A stretch of 64,000 nt of DNA from a virus (IMGVR_UViG_2974513524_000001:1-64000); one strand, 5' to 3'; positions 37,330 through 46,039 are shown, counted from the first letter of the stretch. Made by a program: numbers and translations. Notes: generated by a model not told the origin, from the letters alone.

Positions 37330-37532
37330 TGGATAAAGCCCACATAGTTATGTATGCCTTAGCGGTGTACGGTCTGTTAACCATGATCCTAAGTTTTCTT
37401 GTATGGCTGGGTGAGTGCAATAACTTCGAAGAAGCCAAACCAGATGTATGCATGAGCAACTTCTGGAAATGGGGATTTGTGATCACTTTGATCATCATTG
37501 TGATCGCATTCCTCATTGGCCCACCGGAGTAA
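37329..37532 (+). CDS. Small membrane protein
   Basis: Two hydrophobic segments; coupled start. Confidence 0.65.
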   Translation: MDKAHIVMYALAVYGLLTMILSFLVWLGECNNFEEAKPDVCMSNFWKWGFVITLIIIVIAFLIGPPE

Positions 37533-37534
37533 AT

Positions 37535-37816
37535 ATGCAGCTACCTCAGTTGTACAGCAAGCTCACGTACGTACAGAGACGTATGGTGCGTGAGCAGTAC
37601 ATGGAGTTGCAGCATAACCTGTGCTACTGGTGTCGTGGCCACTTGTGGGAACCACCACCAGAGCGCATCTTGAACACGCCAATTAACTTGGCATTGTTCC
37701 CGCCCAACTTCCTCAAACATCCAATTCATTTACAACATAACCACAAGACTGACGAGACAGAAGGTGCAGTTCATGCACGCTGTAACGCAGTGATGTGGCA
37801 ATACCATGGGAGATAA
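37535..37816 (+). CDS. Endonuclease VII/HNH-like zinc-finger protein
   Basis: CYWC..HLQHNHKT..GAVHARCN; SD GGAG supports the ATG at 37535. Confidence 0.7.
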   Translation: MQLPQLYSKLTYVQRRMVREQYMELQHNLCYWCRGHLWEPPPERILNTPINLALFPPNFLKHPIHLQHNHKTDETEGAVHARCNAVMWQYHGR

Positions 37817-37819
37817 ACC

Positions 37820-38233
37820 ATGATTCATTGCAACTGTGCTACCTGCCGATTGAATGGCTATCAAGGGCGTTCATACATTGAGTACAGTGGGCAGAATTAC
37901 TGTACTGCCCATCCTCAATACATCAGCATCAAGCGTTACAAGCAGGCTCTTGATCTGCTTGGTGCACCTAAACCAGACACTGACTGGTATTCGAAGGTAC
38001 ATGTACCTGTGGTACAGACGCCTAAACCCAAACCTAAACCAGTGTTACACACCTACGTGTTGAGCTTTCGTGATGCTCGTGGAGTAGAGCAAGACTGGTT
38101 CATTAAGTCTGACTGTGACGAAGATGCTTGTAATCAAGCACAAGCTTTCATGAAGTGCCTACCCTTCTGTAACTCACCTTTCACTCTCATTCGTGAGACT
38201 GAAGTACGGCTACTTCAAGTACTCAACCGATAA
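37820..38233 (+). CDS. Hypothetical protein with an N-terminal Cys cluster
   Basis: HCNCATC..YCTAH; PKPKPKP linker. Confidence 0.65.
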   Translation: MIHCNCATCRLNGYQGRSYIEYSGQNYCTAHPQYISIKRYKQALDLLGAPKPDTDWYSKVHVPVVQTPKPKPKPVLHTYVLSFRDARGVEQDWFIKSDCDEDACNQAQAFMKCLPFCNSPFTLIRETEVRLLQVLNR

Positions 38234-38315
38234 TATAAAGTACTCAAAATGAGTATTTTTGACTAAGAATCCGATAGGGCAACCGAGGTAGTTTCGGTTG
38301 TCGGAGATACTCTAA

Positions 38316-38600
38316 ATGGGGTGTGTTATGACCGTAATGAAGAACGACTTTGCTTGTGCTGAGTTGAACAACCGTAAGATTGAGTTGATCGAACTGCTGC
38401 AACGTCATATGGAAGCACGTCGTCGCTTCCGTAAAGTGTCTGTGGCAACCATGGGCGAAGAACTGGGTGTCGGTGAACGTACTGCTGCCAAGGTACTGGC
38501 TGGCCACTTTCTCGACTTGTCGATGGATATCCTGTTCTGCATGAGTGTTCGTGCAGGACTCACTGTAACCGTAAGCACTCGTGCAATCGTAAGGAGCTAA
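38316..38600 (+). CDS. XRE-type helix-turn-helix protein
   Basis: VATMGEELGVGERTAAKVLAG..LSMDIL pattern; start uncertain. Confidence 0.55.
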   Translation: MGCVMTVMKNDFACAELNNRKIELIELLQRHMEARRRFRKVSVATMGEELGVGERTAAKVLAGHFLDLSMDILFCMSVRAGLTVTVSTRAIVRS

Positions 38601-38603
38601 ACC

Positions 38604-38831
38604 ATGCTTGTTCAATATGTACTGGCGTTCGTCGCAGTGATCCAGATGTTCCTGATCTTGGCACTGTTCAAGCGTGTAGAGCTTCATCGTAAGCTTCATA
38701 TGCGTGGTGCTGAAGCTGGTGTAAAACTGGCCATGGCCTGTATGGCTATGGGTGCCGATGTAATTAAACTCAAGAAAAAGGTTGGTATCGATGGCGATCA
38801 ACAACAAAGCACTACAGATCATAAAGAATAA
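38604..38831 (+). CDS. Hypothetical membrane-anchored protein
   Basis: SD AAGGAG; hydrophobic N-terminus. Confidence 0.65.
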   Translation: MLVQYVLAFVAVIQMFLILALFKRVELHRKLHMRGAEAGVKLAMACMAMGADVIKLKKKVGIDGDQQQSTTDHKE

Positions 38832-39051
38832 CACCCACCTGCCTCCAAGCATTCTTCAGAATGTGCTGCAAGCACAGGGACAGATCGTGCCATTGGGCCA
38901 GATCTCCGAGATCATTGAAGCCATCAAAGAGCACGATCAAGTGCACACAGTGACCTCACCGAAAGGTCTTAAGGTGAACATCAGTGACATGGATACCATC
39001 CTCCAATACGCATTGGCTGGTGGTATGCCTCGAGAACTGTTGCGTAAGTGA
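38791..39051 (+). CDS. Hypothetical protein
   Basis: Tandem ORF. Confidence 0.6.
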   Translation: MAINNKALQIIKNNTHLPPSILQNVLQAQGQIVPLGQISEIIEAIKEHDQVHTVTSPKGLKVNISDMDTILQYALAGGMPRELLRK

Positions 39052-39058
39052 TATCGCT

Positions 39059-39079
39059 GGGGCTACGCCCCTGTAAAGG
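39059..39079 (+). promoter_or_regulatory. Candidate vRNAP early hairpin promoter 4
   Basis: GGGGC-TAC-GCCCC-TGTAAAGG. Confidence 0.7.
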
Positions 39080-39119
39080 CAATCATGCCATCAAATATTT
39101 ATCCGTAAGGAGAGCCATC

Positions 39120-39425
39120 ATGGCCGTAGCAAAGAAAGGCGCCACTCGTACCACTTCGACTCAAGCCGCTCAGGGCAACCAGTGGGAAAAAGCTTCTGCG
39201 TTCCTCAACATCTCGCTGCCGACTGCCGGTGGCGACAACGTGCGTGTTGACTCGATCAAACTGAAAGAGTCCAACGTCGTGCACGCACAGATCATCAGCA
39301 AGTTGTCCGACCCAGCGTTGTCTGCTGAAGAACGCGCTGAAAAGCTGAAAGCTCTCACCGGCCTGCTGATCATCGACTTCCAGGTCGTCCGCAGCGACGA
39401 AGAAAAAGAGCTGGTCGATTTCTGA
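39120..39425 (+). CDS. Probable N4 gp2/Drc-like ssDNA-binding RNAP II cofactor
   Basis: Own hairpin promoter and terminator, strong codon bias, KASAFLNISL resembles gp2 KAQYWLNIGY (from recall). Confidence 0.55.
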   Translation: MAVAKKGATRTTSTQAAQGNQWEKASAFLNISLPTAGGDNVRVDSIKLKESNVVHAQIISKLSDPALSAEERAEKLKALTGLLIIDFQVVRSDEEKELVDF

Positions 39426-39431
39426 TTCCCC

Positions 39432-39468
39432 ATGGTCACTACCTTCGGGTGGTGGCCATCCTTTTTTC
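39432..39468 (+). terminator. Intrinsic terminator
   Basis: ATGGTCACTACC-TTCG-GGTGGTGGCCAT followed by CCTTTTTT. Confidence 0.8.
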
Positions 39469-39479
39469 AAGGGCACACC

Positions 39480-39956
39480 ATGAAAAAGAAGTTCCTCGGC
39501 CTCAGTGATGATGGCTTCCGGGTGTACACCATGTGGACGCCGGGTGAGAAAGGTGACTGCGGCATCGTTATGACGATTGGTTATCGAGACGATGAGTTCA
39601 TGGTCTATGAATCTGAGCCTTGGGCAAACCAACAAGAACAAGAGATAGAGCGTATTGCTCTGTCCGCTGCTGATGAAATGCGCAATCTTCAAACCATGAT
39701 GATGAGTAGCGTCACATTTGGTTATGGAGCACGTGGTTTCGGTAAAAGAAGTATTGGTCAGCTAGATCAGATTACAAAGGGTAGCTTTGCTGATCTTGAA
39801 GCCAGGGCTAAGCGTTCACATAGCAAATCGCTCATGTTTATTGATGAGTATAAAGCAAGGAACCCCAAAATTACGGTTACTCCTGATCAACAGGGGCAAC
39901 CAAAGCGTAAACCTCAACCTAATCGTGGCCCAAGAGGCCGTAAGGACTGGAAATGA
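39480..39956 (+). CDS. Hypothetical protein with a basic C-terminal tail
   Basis: Ends RKPQPNRGPRGRKDWK. Confidence 0.65.
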   Translation: MKKKFLGLSDDGFRVYTMWTPGEKGDCGIVMTIGYRDDEFMVYESEPWANQQEQEIERIALSAADEMRNLQTMMMSSVTFGYGARGFGKRSIGQLDQITKGSFADLEARAKRSHSKSLMFIDEYKARNPKITVTPDQQGQPKRKPQPNRGPRGRKDWK

Positions 39957-40246
39957 ACATTACTCCTAATGAAATGCTGGGTTTGCTGATTGTTGTTGTG
40001 GTTCTCTTGATGCTTCTGCTGCTTGGTGCAGCAAAGCGTCGTAAGCACACAAAGATCTATCCAATGTGTGTCGTATTCTGGTGTGCACACAGTAATGAGC
40101 AATTCATTACACCTGTGCGCAATCTTGGTGCAGCTCAGACACTGATTAACAAAATTAATCTGTTGTCTGTAGTAGAGCCACATATTGATGTGGCAGGCAC
40201 TGCAACCCATCGCCTTGAGCGTGGTATCTGGAAGATGATCGAATGA
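39953..40246 (+). CDS. Membrane-anchored hypothetical protein heading the tagged-protein array
   Basis: N-terminal TM helix followed by KRRKH. Confidence 0.7.
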   Translation: MNITPNEMLGLLIVVVVLLMLLLLGAAKRRKHTKIYPMCVVFWCAHSNEQFITPVRNLGAAQTLINKINLLSVVEPHIDVAGTATHRLERGIWKMIE

Positions 40247-40500
40247 GATACCAACTGTTCTTTAAGTGTGGCGATGAAATAGAGGTTCTCCAGTCGGATA
40301 ACCTCGACGACTCAGAAACACAGAAGAATGCTGGTCTTAAGTGGTTTTCAGGTGGTGATAAAGAGCTTTATATCCATGACAGTCGTTTCGACTTCTGGCA
40401 ACAAGCTCGTGTAAATCACCAAGACAAGATCAGTACACTCGGTGTAGTACGTACTGAATACATTCCTCCATTGGTGCGTATGCGCCACCTCATTGGGTGA
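40243..40500 (+). CDS. Small protein with C-terminal tag (member 2)
   Basis: Ends YIPPLVRMRHLIG. Confidence 0.7.
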   Translation: MRYQLFFKCGDEIEVLQSDNLDDSETQKNAGLKWFSGGDKELYIHDSRFDFWQQARVNHQDKISTLGVVRTEYIPPLVRMRHLIG

Positions 40501-40504
40501 AACC

Positions 40505-40786
40505 ATGGCCGTAGTATTCGTAGTAAAGAATGATGCTGTCGTGCATCGTGAAGAGATAGATCTTGCTAATCGCAAGAAGCTTCTCGGAGCTTTATACCGT
40601 AAATACGGTACTAACAGGCTGTTTATACGTGGTGTAAACAGCTCAGGAGATAGAACTAAGTGGGCTCGTGTCGAGTTTGTATGGAACTCAGGCTGCACTG
40701 AGATCAAACATGCCCACATGTACTTCTTACCTGTTAAGGAGTTACCACCAGTGCTTCAGATGATGCAGCTGGTAGGTGCAGCATGA
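40505..40786 (+). CDS. Small protein with C-terminal tag (member 3)
   Basis: Ends ELPPVLQMMQLVGAA. Confidence 0.7.
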   Translation: MAVVFVVKNDAVVHREEIDLANRKKLLGALYRKYGTNRLFIRGVNSSGDRTKWARVEFVWNSGCTEIKHAHMYFLPVKELPPVLQMMQLVGAA

Positions 40787-41043
40787 TGGAAATAAATCCG
40801 GTTACGAAGAAGTTTGGCTTCAAACTTGGGTACTACTCATTCATCAACGGTGAATGGAAGTACCTGTCTGCGTATGTGAGTTCTGTGGAAGTTCACATGG
40901 CTTACAAAGCCAACAATGGCGTCTGGTGGTACACCAGTGCTATGAGCAAACCATGGCGTGAAATGATCGTACCCGGTCGTTGGCGCCCACTGGATGGAGA
41001 ACCTAAACCGTTGCAGATGCTGCGACTTGTAGGTGCATTGTGA
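40783..41043 (+). CDS. Small protein with C-terminal tag (member 4)
   Basis: Ends EPKPLQMLRLVGAL. Confidence 0.7.
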   Translation: MMEINPVTKKFGFKLGYYSFINGEWKYLSAYVSSVEVHMAYKANNGVWWYTSAMSKPWREMIVPGRWRPLDGEPKPLQMLRLVGAL

Positions 41044-41297
41044 GTACTGAAGAATGTACTGACTATTATCTGGATGAAAATGAAATTCCAATAAGCAAGT
41101 ACAGTCATGCGTACTCTGAAGACACTTCATTAAAAGATGGTGCTTGGTGTGAAAATACCACTAGAACTATCTATTCCGTGGATAACAAGAATAAAACATG
41201 GATAAAGGTGTTCTATGAGCAGAAACAATTTGTTGTTAAACGAGTAGAAGAACCTCCAAAGACACTTCAAATGGCTTTATTAATAGGTGCTATATGA
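41040..41297 (+). CDS. Small protein with C-terminal tag (member 5)
   Basis: Ends EPPKTLQMALLIGAI. Confidence 0.7.
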   Translation: MSTEECTDYYLDENEIPISKYSHAYSEDTSLKDGAWCENTTRTIYSVDNKNKTWIKVFYEQKQFVVKRVEEPPKTLQMALLIGAI

Positions 41298-41728
41298 AAC
41301 TCATGGTTGGAAACATGATGGATGTGTTCCCGTTAGTGGACCACTTCATCGTATGTGTCGGTACGAATCTCAAGCGTACTACTGGTGAGTTGATCATGCC
41401 TGACGGCATGTATAAGCAGCTCGCGGACAAGCATCCTGAACTACCCAAAACCATTGGTGCTTGGGTACGTGAGCAGGATCTTGATGGTGGCATCTTCGGT
41501 CTGAAGTGCACCAGTAAGGTGGGCCTGTTCCAGAACACCATTGTGCTTGCTGACAGGCCAGCACTAGGGGTTATCTCCATGTCTGCCAAGATGCTAAAAG
41601 CCAAGGCTGAGATGCATCCTGACAAGACCTTTGCCCTTGAAGCACCGAATGCCAAGGAACCTTGGTTCTTGATTGAGGGCATAATGCAAACACTACCTGA
41701 CAACGTTCAGGTATGGAGGCCGGAGTGA
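41294..41728 (+). CDS. Degenerate macrodomain-like protein
   Basis: MKLMVGNMMD..GELIM..QLADKHPEL..SAKML..FAL pattern of phage macrodomains, with the glycine loops lost. Confidence 0.55.
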   Translation: MKLMVGNMMDVFPLVDHFIVCVGTNLKRTTGELIMPDGMYKQLADKHPELPKTIGAWVREQDLDGGIFGLKCTSKVGLFQNTIVLADRPALGVISMSAKMLKAKAEMHPDKTFALEAPNAKEPWFLIEGIMQTLPDNVQVWRPE

Positions 41729-42027
41729 GTCTGTACGTTGTAGAAAACAATGTCACACGGAAAGCCACAACCAATGGTTTTGGCTCTAGTGCAGTTATTC
41801 CATGCAAAGACTGGCGTAACTGTAAACCTAACCGTTTTATATACGCAGAAGCTAAAGGTCTCTGGTACATCATGAGTGCAGGTGGCTTCTGGAATGTTTT
41901 ACCAAAGAAGCCAGATGTAATCTCTATGGCTGAACTTGTTGGTGCCGTAGGCAAAGTTAGTCTTAAGGAAATCAAAGATGAAATATCGTCTGATTCGTTT
42001 TTCGAGAACCAACGAAGTCGTACTTGA
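41725..42027 (+). CDS. Small protein with sub-terminal tag (member 6)
   Basis: Contains KKPDVISMAELVGAV followed by an extension; SD GGAGG before GTG 41725. Confidence 0.65.
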   Translation: MSLYVVENNVTRKATTNGFGSSAVIPCKDWRNCKPNRFIYAEAKGLWYIMSAGGFWNVLPKKPDVISMAELVGAVGKVSLKEIKDEISSDSFFENQRSRT

Positions 42028-42238
42028 TGTTAAGTGCCAAGCTCCAAACCAGTTTGGTGATAACGAGTTGTTCGCTCAGACTACAGGAGGTACTGCTGTA
42101 CTCTACGACTACTCAGTACAGCGTTGGTATGAACTAAACCCAAGTGAGTCTAAACGATTCACAACTTGGTGGGAGTATCCCAAGGATAAGGAGCTTCCCG
42201 GTTACGTCAAGATGATCCAGTTGGTTGGACAAATATGA
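41978..42238 (+). CDS. Small protein with C-terminal tag (member 7)
   Basis: Ends ELPGYVKMIQLVGQI. Confidence 0.7.
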   Translation: MKYRLIRFSRTNEVVLDVKCQAPNQFGDNELFAQTTGGTAVLYDYSVQRWYELNPSESKRFTTWWEYPKDKELPGYVKMIQLVGQI

Positions 42239-42495
42239 GGACAACCAACTTCTACTTCAATGCTGACGGTTCCCTAGATCATACAGATGACGCAGAAACT
42301 GCGATATTTAGATGTAGGGCATGGGTTAAATCTGACAAAGATAGGAGTGTGCTTCAGTACAGACACGAATCTAAGATTCTGTACATCTACCGTAATGAAG
42401 AAACAAAGAATCCAAACATGATGATTTGGCGTCCGCCGACACCATCAGAAATACCCGATCACATCAAGATGATGAAACTGATAGGAGCAATCTAA
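42235..42495 (+). CDS. Small protein with C-terminal tag (member 8)
   Basis: Ends EIPDHIKMMKLIGAI. Confidence 0.7.
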   Translation: MRTTNFYFNADGSLDHTDDAETAIFRCRAWVKSDKDRSVLQYRHESKILYIYRNEETKNPNMMIWRPPTPSEIPDHIKMMKLIGAI

Positions 42496-43418
42496 TGCAA
42501 CTAATGCGTACCTATGACATGCAGCTGGCGAATGAATATCGCTTCGCTCGTGCCCACATCGACAAGTATATGCGTGACTACGTTAGGAATGACGTTGAAG
42601 TGCAGCCTCTGCTTGCTGAGGGGCTTGAACTGCTGAGTGCGTACGTATGGGCTGAATACGATTACACCTCTAAGAACCTGCGTGTAGCTCAGCTACGCAA
42701 CATGGATCTTGAAGAACTGGTGTTCGAAATTGTTGTAGCCAGTGCTTACTGTCAGTATGAAGAAATGCTTTCAAGCTTCTGTGCCAAGTTGGCCGGTACT
42801 CTGAAGTTCTCTGACAAGGTAGACAGCATTCAAACCATCAGTGAGATGGTTGCTGTGCTGTGGGATACAGGTCTTTATGAGCTGATCAAGAATGACAAGT
42901 TCGATAGCTGGCATATTCAGTCAAACATCGAGCTGAGTCATGAACTTGAGCAGTACATTGTGAACTGTTCCTACCTCCCGCCTATGGTTCATAAGCCTGA
43001 ACCACTCAACAGCAATCGTGACACTCCGTACCATACCATCGGTATGGATAGTGTCATTCTGAACAAAGGTCACCACGAGGGTGACGTATGTTTGGATGTT
43101 CTTGACCGCATGAACATGACTGCACTATCACTCAATATTGAGTTCCTGTGCAGAGTTGAAGAAGAACCTAATGCCGATATGTCGTCGGCTGATAAGCAAG
43201 CCAACTGGCTTAGCATGAAGGCTCAGAGCCACGAGCATTACAAGCTCATGGTTTCACAGGGTAATCGCTTCTGGCTTGGCCACAAGTGTGACCGTCGTGG
43301 TCGTGGTTATGCTCAGGGTTATCACATCTCCACTCAAGGGAGCCCATACAAGAAAGCCATGATCGACTTCGCTGATAAGGAAGTTGCTACAGGCGTACCT
43401 CAGGAGTACATGCTTTGA
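42495..43418 (+). CDS. RNA polymerase II subunit 1, N4 gp15-like
   Basis: YLPPMV, DRRGRGY (DxxGR) motif, YHISTQG; SD AGGAG at the TAATG overlap. Confidence 0.92.
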   Translation: MQLMRTYDMQLANEYRFARAHIDKYMRDYVRNDVEVQPLLAEGLELLSAYVWAEYDYTSKNLRVAQLRNMDLEELVFEIVVASAYCQYEEMLSSFCAKLAGTLKFSDKVDSIQTISEMVAVLWDTGLYELIKNDKFDSWHIQSNIELSHELEQYIVNCSYLPPMVHKPEPLNSNRDTPYHTIGMDSVILNKGHHEGDVCLDVLDRMNMTALSLNIEFLCRVEEEPNADMSSADKQANWLSMKAQSHEHYKLMVSQGNRFWLGHKCDRRGRGYAQGYHISTQGSPYKKAMIDFADKEVATGVPQEYML

Positions 43419-43984
43419 ATATAAAACCAGTAGTTAGCATTAGCCTCAGTGCACCAAAAGTTATTGATCATGACTTCTTTGTGTTCACTAGTCAGGTGCG
43501 TTACAAAGAATCAAATCAGTATTGGCTTGTTAAATGCATTTTCACCAGCTTCGAAGGTGCTAGGCGCCTAAAGGAATTCCATTCTATGTACAAAGCTAAA
43601 GCTTTGTACGAAGCCTATGAATGGCTGAAAGAGCAGAAAGGGCTGGACGATAAGATTCAACGTGAGTTGAAGAAAAAGAAAGACCATCGCAGTTCTAGTT
43701 ACATGACCAAGATGCGTCTGCGTCAAACTGTTATCAAAAGCACGATGGGCGACAAACGTTATCGTCTTACTTACAGAGATGTAAGTGATGAGAATGCTCT
43801 GTACTTTGGGTACGGTGATACACCACAAGAAGCCTATATGGCTTTGGTTGACGCAATGTCTGCCGTATACAACAAACCTCCACGTCGTCGTAATGAACAT
43901 GGCGTTGTAATCGGCCTGACTCCTACCAATGACACAACAAAATACCGCCAACACTGGTGGCAATTCTGGAGACCAAAACTGTGA
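43415..43984 (+). CDS. Hypothetical protein between the RNAP II subunit genes
   Basis: Coupled ORF; GYGDTPQEAY and WWQFWR elements. Confidence 0.65.
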   Translation: MNIKPVVSISLSAPKVIDHDFFVFTSQVRYKESNQYWLVKCIFTSFEGARRLKEFHSMYKAKALYEAYEWLKEQKGLDDKIQRELKKKKDHRSSSYMTKMRLRQTVIKSTMGDKRYRLTYRDVSDENALYFGYGDTPQEAYMALVDAMSAVYNKPPRRRNEHGVVIGLTPTNDTTKYRQHWWQFWRPKL

Positions 43985-44355
43985 GTTCATCACAAGAGTT
44001 TCGCTTAATAGTTGCTGGTGGTCGTGACTTCACGGACGTTGATCGTATCGTCCAAGAAGTCTATGGCTTGATGGTCAATGAGTTGAAAGACTTTGAGATC
44101 GTCATTGTACAAGGCGAAGCCAGAGGTGCTGACAAGTCTGCAAAGATTGCAGCACAGCGTCTCAAGTTAAAATGTGAATCCTTCCCTGCTGAGTGGGACT
44201 TGCATGGCAAGGCTGCTGGTCCGATACGTAACAGAGCAATGGCAGAAGTTGCTGATGGTTTACTGGCTTTTTGGGACGGTGAATCCAAGGGCACTGCCAA
44301 CATGATCCAAGTTATGCGTACGCATGGCAAAAACGTACGTGTTCGTAGTTATTAA
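43981..44355 (+). CDS. SLOG/YspA-family nucleotide-binding protein (DUF2493-like)
   Basis: IVAGGRDF..GEARGAD..AEWDLHGKAAGPIRN..AFWDGESKGT signature. Confidence 0.85.
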   Translation: MSSSQEFRLIVAGGRDFTDVDRIVQEVYGLMVNELKDFEIVIVQGEARGADKSAKIAAQRLKLKCESFPAEWDLHGKAAGPIRNRAMAEVADGLLAFWDGESKGTANMIQVMRTHGKNVRVRSY

Positions 44356-44369
44356 TTGAGAGAGTCCAT

Positions 44370-45620
44370 ATGAAAGCTTACTCCGCGTTCGAAATGATCT
44401 GCATTGATATCGCCAACCAAGGTTGGGACGATAAGAAGCTGTTTGAAGAACGCATTCAGTGGACTCTTGATAACTTCCGTCGTCTGACGGTTATCGATAC
44501 TCCAAAGAAGGAGCGTCCTCTGTATGTTAAGGCCGTAATGGCCTTGTTCGACTGCTGCCGTGGCATTGCCATCGGTCACATGGTTGGCTTGGATGCAACC
44601 TGCTCAGGCATGTCCATCATGTCTGTGCTGACCAAGTGCTACAACGGTTGCTATGCAACCAACCTGATTGACCCCAACGTACGTAACGATGCCTACACCA
44701 TGGTAACTGACCACGCGTCAGAGAACCTTGGTGGTGGTCTGATCGTAACCCGTCAGGATGCCAAAGATGCAACCATGAAAGGTCTGTATGGCTCTCAGGC
44801 TGAACCAAAGAAAATCTTCGGTGAAGATACACCTGAGCTGGCTGCGTTCTACGTTGGCTTGACCAAGACTGCACCGGGTGCTGTAGAGCTGCTGGGTGAC
44901 CTGCGTCATGCATGGCAAGCAGGTGCATTGTTCCACGCTTGGACCTTGCCTGACTGCTACCGTGCACACGTCAAGGTCATGGTTATGCAGGAAGCTCGTA
45001 TTGAAGTAGACGAGCTGGATCACTCTACTTTCACTCACATCTTCTATGTGAACGAAGGTACTCAGGGTGACCTGAAACTGATTGCAAACGTGACCCACAG
45101 CTTCGATGCATACCTGCTTCGCTGCTTGGTTCGCCGCTGCAACTACAACGAGGAGCGTATCACTAAGTCCGATGCAATCCTCGTTGCAGAAGCTCAGGCA
45201 CGTCGTGCTGGCAAGTCGTACGAGCTGGTCATGGAAGAAGCTGAAACCATCGAAGATAACCTGATTGAACGTTGGTTCAGCTCAGGTGTTCCAGATGCTC
45301 GGCTGTTGGACTACCTGACCAAGGAAGGTGTTAAGTTCATGTCTGATCTGCACATTAAGCAGATGATCCGCATCGCTAACGAGATGCTCTCCTACCCGTC
45401 ATTCCCAGTGGTAACAGTCCATGACGAATTCAAGTGTCACCCAAACAACAGCACGCAAATGCGTAAACACTACGTCTCGATCCTTGCAGATCTTGCTCGC
45501 GGTAGCGCATTGGAAGATGTGTATGAACAGATCACCGGTGATGTTCCGACTTATGCCGGTGGTATGGATGGCGATGAACTCGCTGAACTGATCCTGGAGT
45601 CTAACTATGCAATTTCGTAA
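44370..45620 (+). CDS. RNA polymerase II subunit 2, N4 gp16-like
   Basis: Motifs A GLDATCSG, B RQDAKDATMKGLYGS and C TVHDEF. Confidence 0.95.
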   Translation: MKAYSAFEMICIDIANQGWDDKKLFEERIQWTLDNFRRLTVIDTPKKERPLYVKAVMALFDCCRGIAIGHMVGLDATCSGMSIMSVLTKCYNGCYATNLIDPNVRNDAYTMVTDHASENLGGGLIVTRQDAKDATMKGLYGSQAEPKKIFGEDTPELAAFYVGLTKTAPGAVELLGDLRHAWQAGALFHAWTLPDCYRAHVKVMVMQEARIEVDELDHSTFTHIFYVNEGTQGDLKLIANVTHSFDAYLLRCLVRRCNYNEERITKSDAILVAEAQARRAGKSYELVMEEAETIEDNLIERWFSSGVPDARLLDYLTKEGVKFMSDLHIKQMIRIANEMLSYPSFPVVTVHDEFKCHPNNSTQMRKHYVSILADLARGSALEDVYEQITGDVPTYAGGMDGDELAELILESNYAIS

Positions 45621-45723
45621 CAAGCTTGCCTTAGCAATCTACTACGCCTACAACAAAAACATGTGGGAGCACGTACGAGTAGTACGTGAACCATCTTGGT
45701 TTGATGTAAGGCGAATTAGTTGA
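45607..45723 (+). CDS. Possible 38-aa peptide
   Basis: SD GGAG before ATG 45607; MQFRNKLALAIYY... Confidence 0.35.
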   Translation: MQFRNKLALAIYYAYNKNMWEHVRVVREPSWFDVRRIS

Positions 45724-45728
45724 GCTAG

Positions 45729-45743
45729 CGTCACTCCGTGACG
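45729..45743 (+). promoter_or_regulatory. Triloop DNA hairpin (C-TCC-G class)
   Basis: CGTCAC-TCC-GTGACG. Confidence 0.5.
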
Positions 45744-45744
45744 A

Positions 45745-45786
45745 TCCTTGATCCCTCCATTAGGAGGGGTTGAGGATAATTTTTTT
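45745..45786 (+). terminator. Intrinsic terminator
   Basis: TCCTTGATCCCTCC-ATTA-GGAGGGGTTGAGGA followed by TAATTTTTTT. Confidence 0.65.
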
Positions 45787-45801
45787 CTAGTAGAGGTAGT
45801 T

Positions 45802-46011
45802 ATGCCGCAAGCCTATGAAATGCTTAGCAACAGTAAGATTGAGCCGGAAGCAACCATCGGAAAGACAGTCTACAAGTGCGCTCGGCACGATTACGGCTGT
45901 GCCGGTGATGACACCCGTACCACTGGTGTGGAACACATCAGTTTGTCTTTGAAACCGGACGGTGATTATCCGTTCTTTACACACCGTGTTAGCGAACTAA
46001 AAAAGCTGTAA
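45802..46011 (+). CDS. Small conserved-type phage protein (HDYGCAGDD..GDYPFFT)
   Basis: SD GAGGT before ATG 45802. Confidence 0.7.
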   Translation: MPQAYEMLSNSKIEPEATIGKTVYKCARHDYGCAGDDTRTTGVEHISLSLKPDGDYPFFTHRVSELKKL

Positions 46012-46039
46012 CACAGACAGTCAGTCAGGAGAGTCCCAA

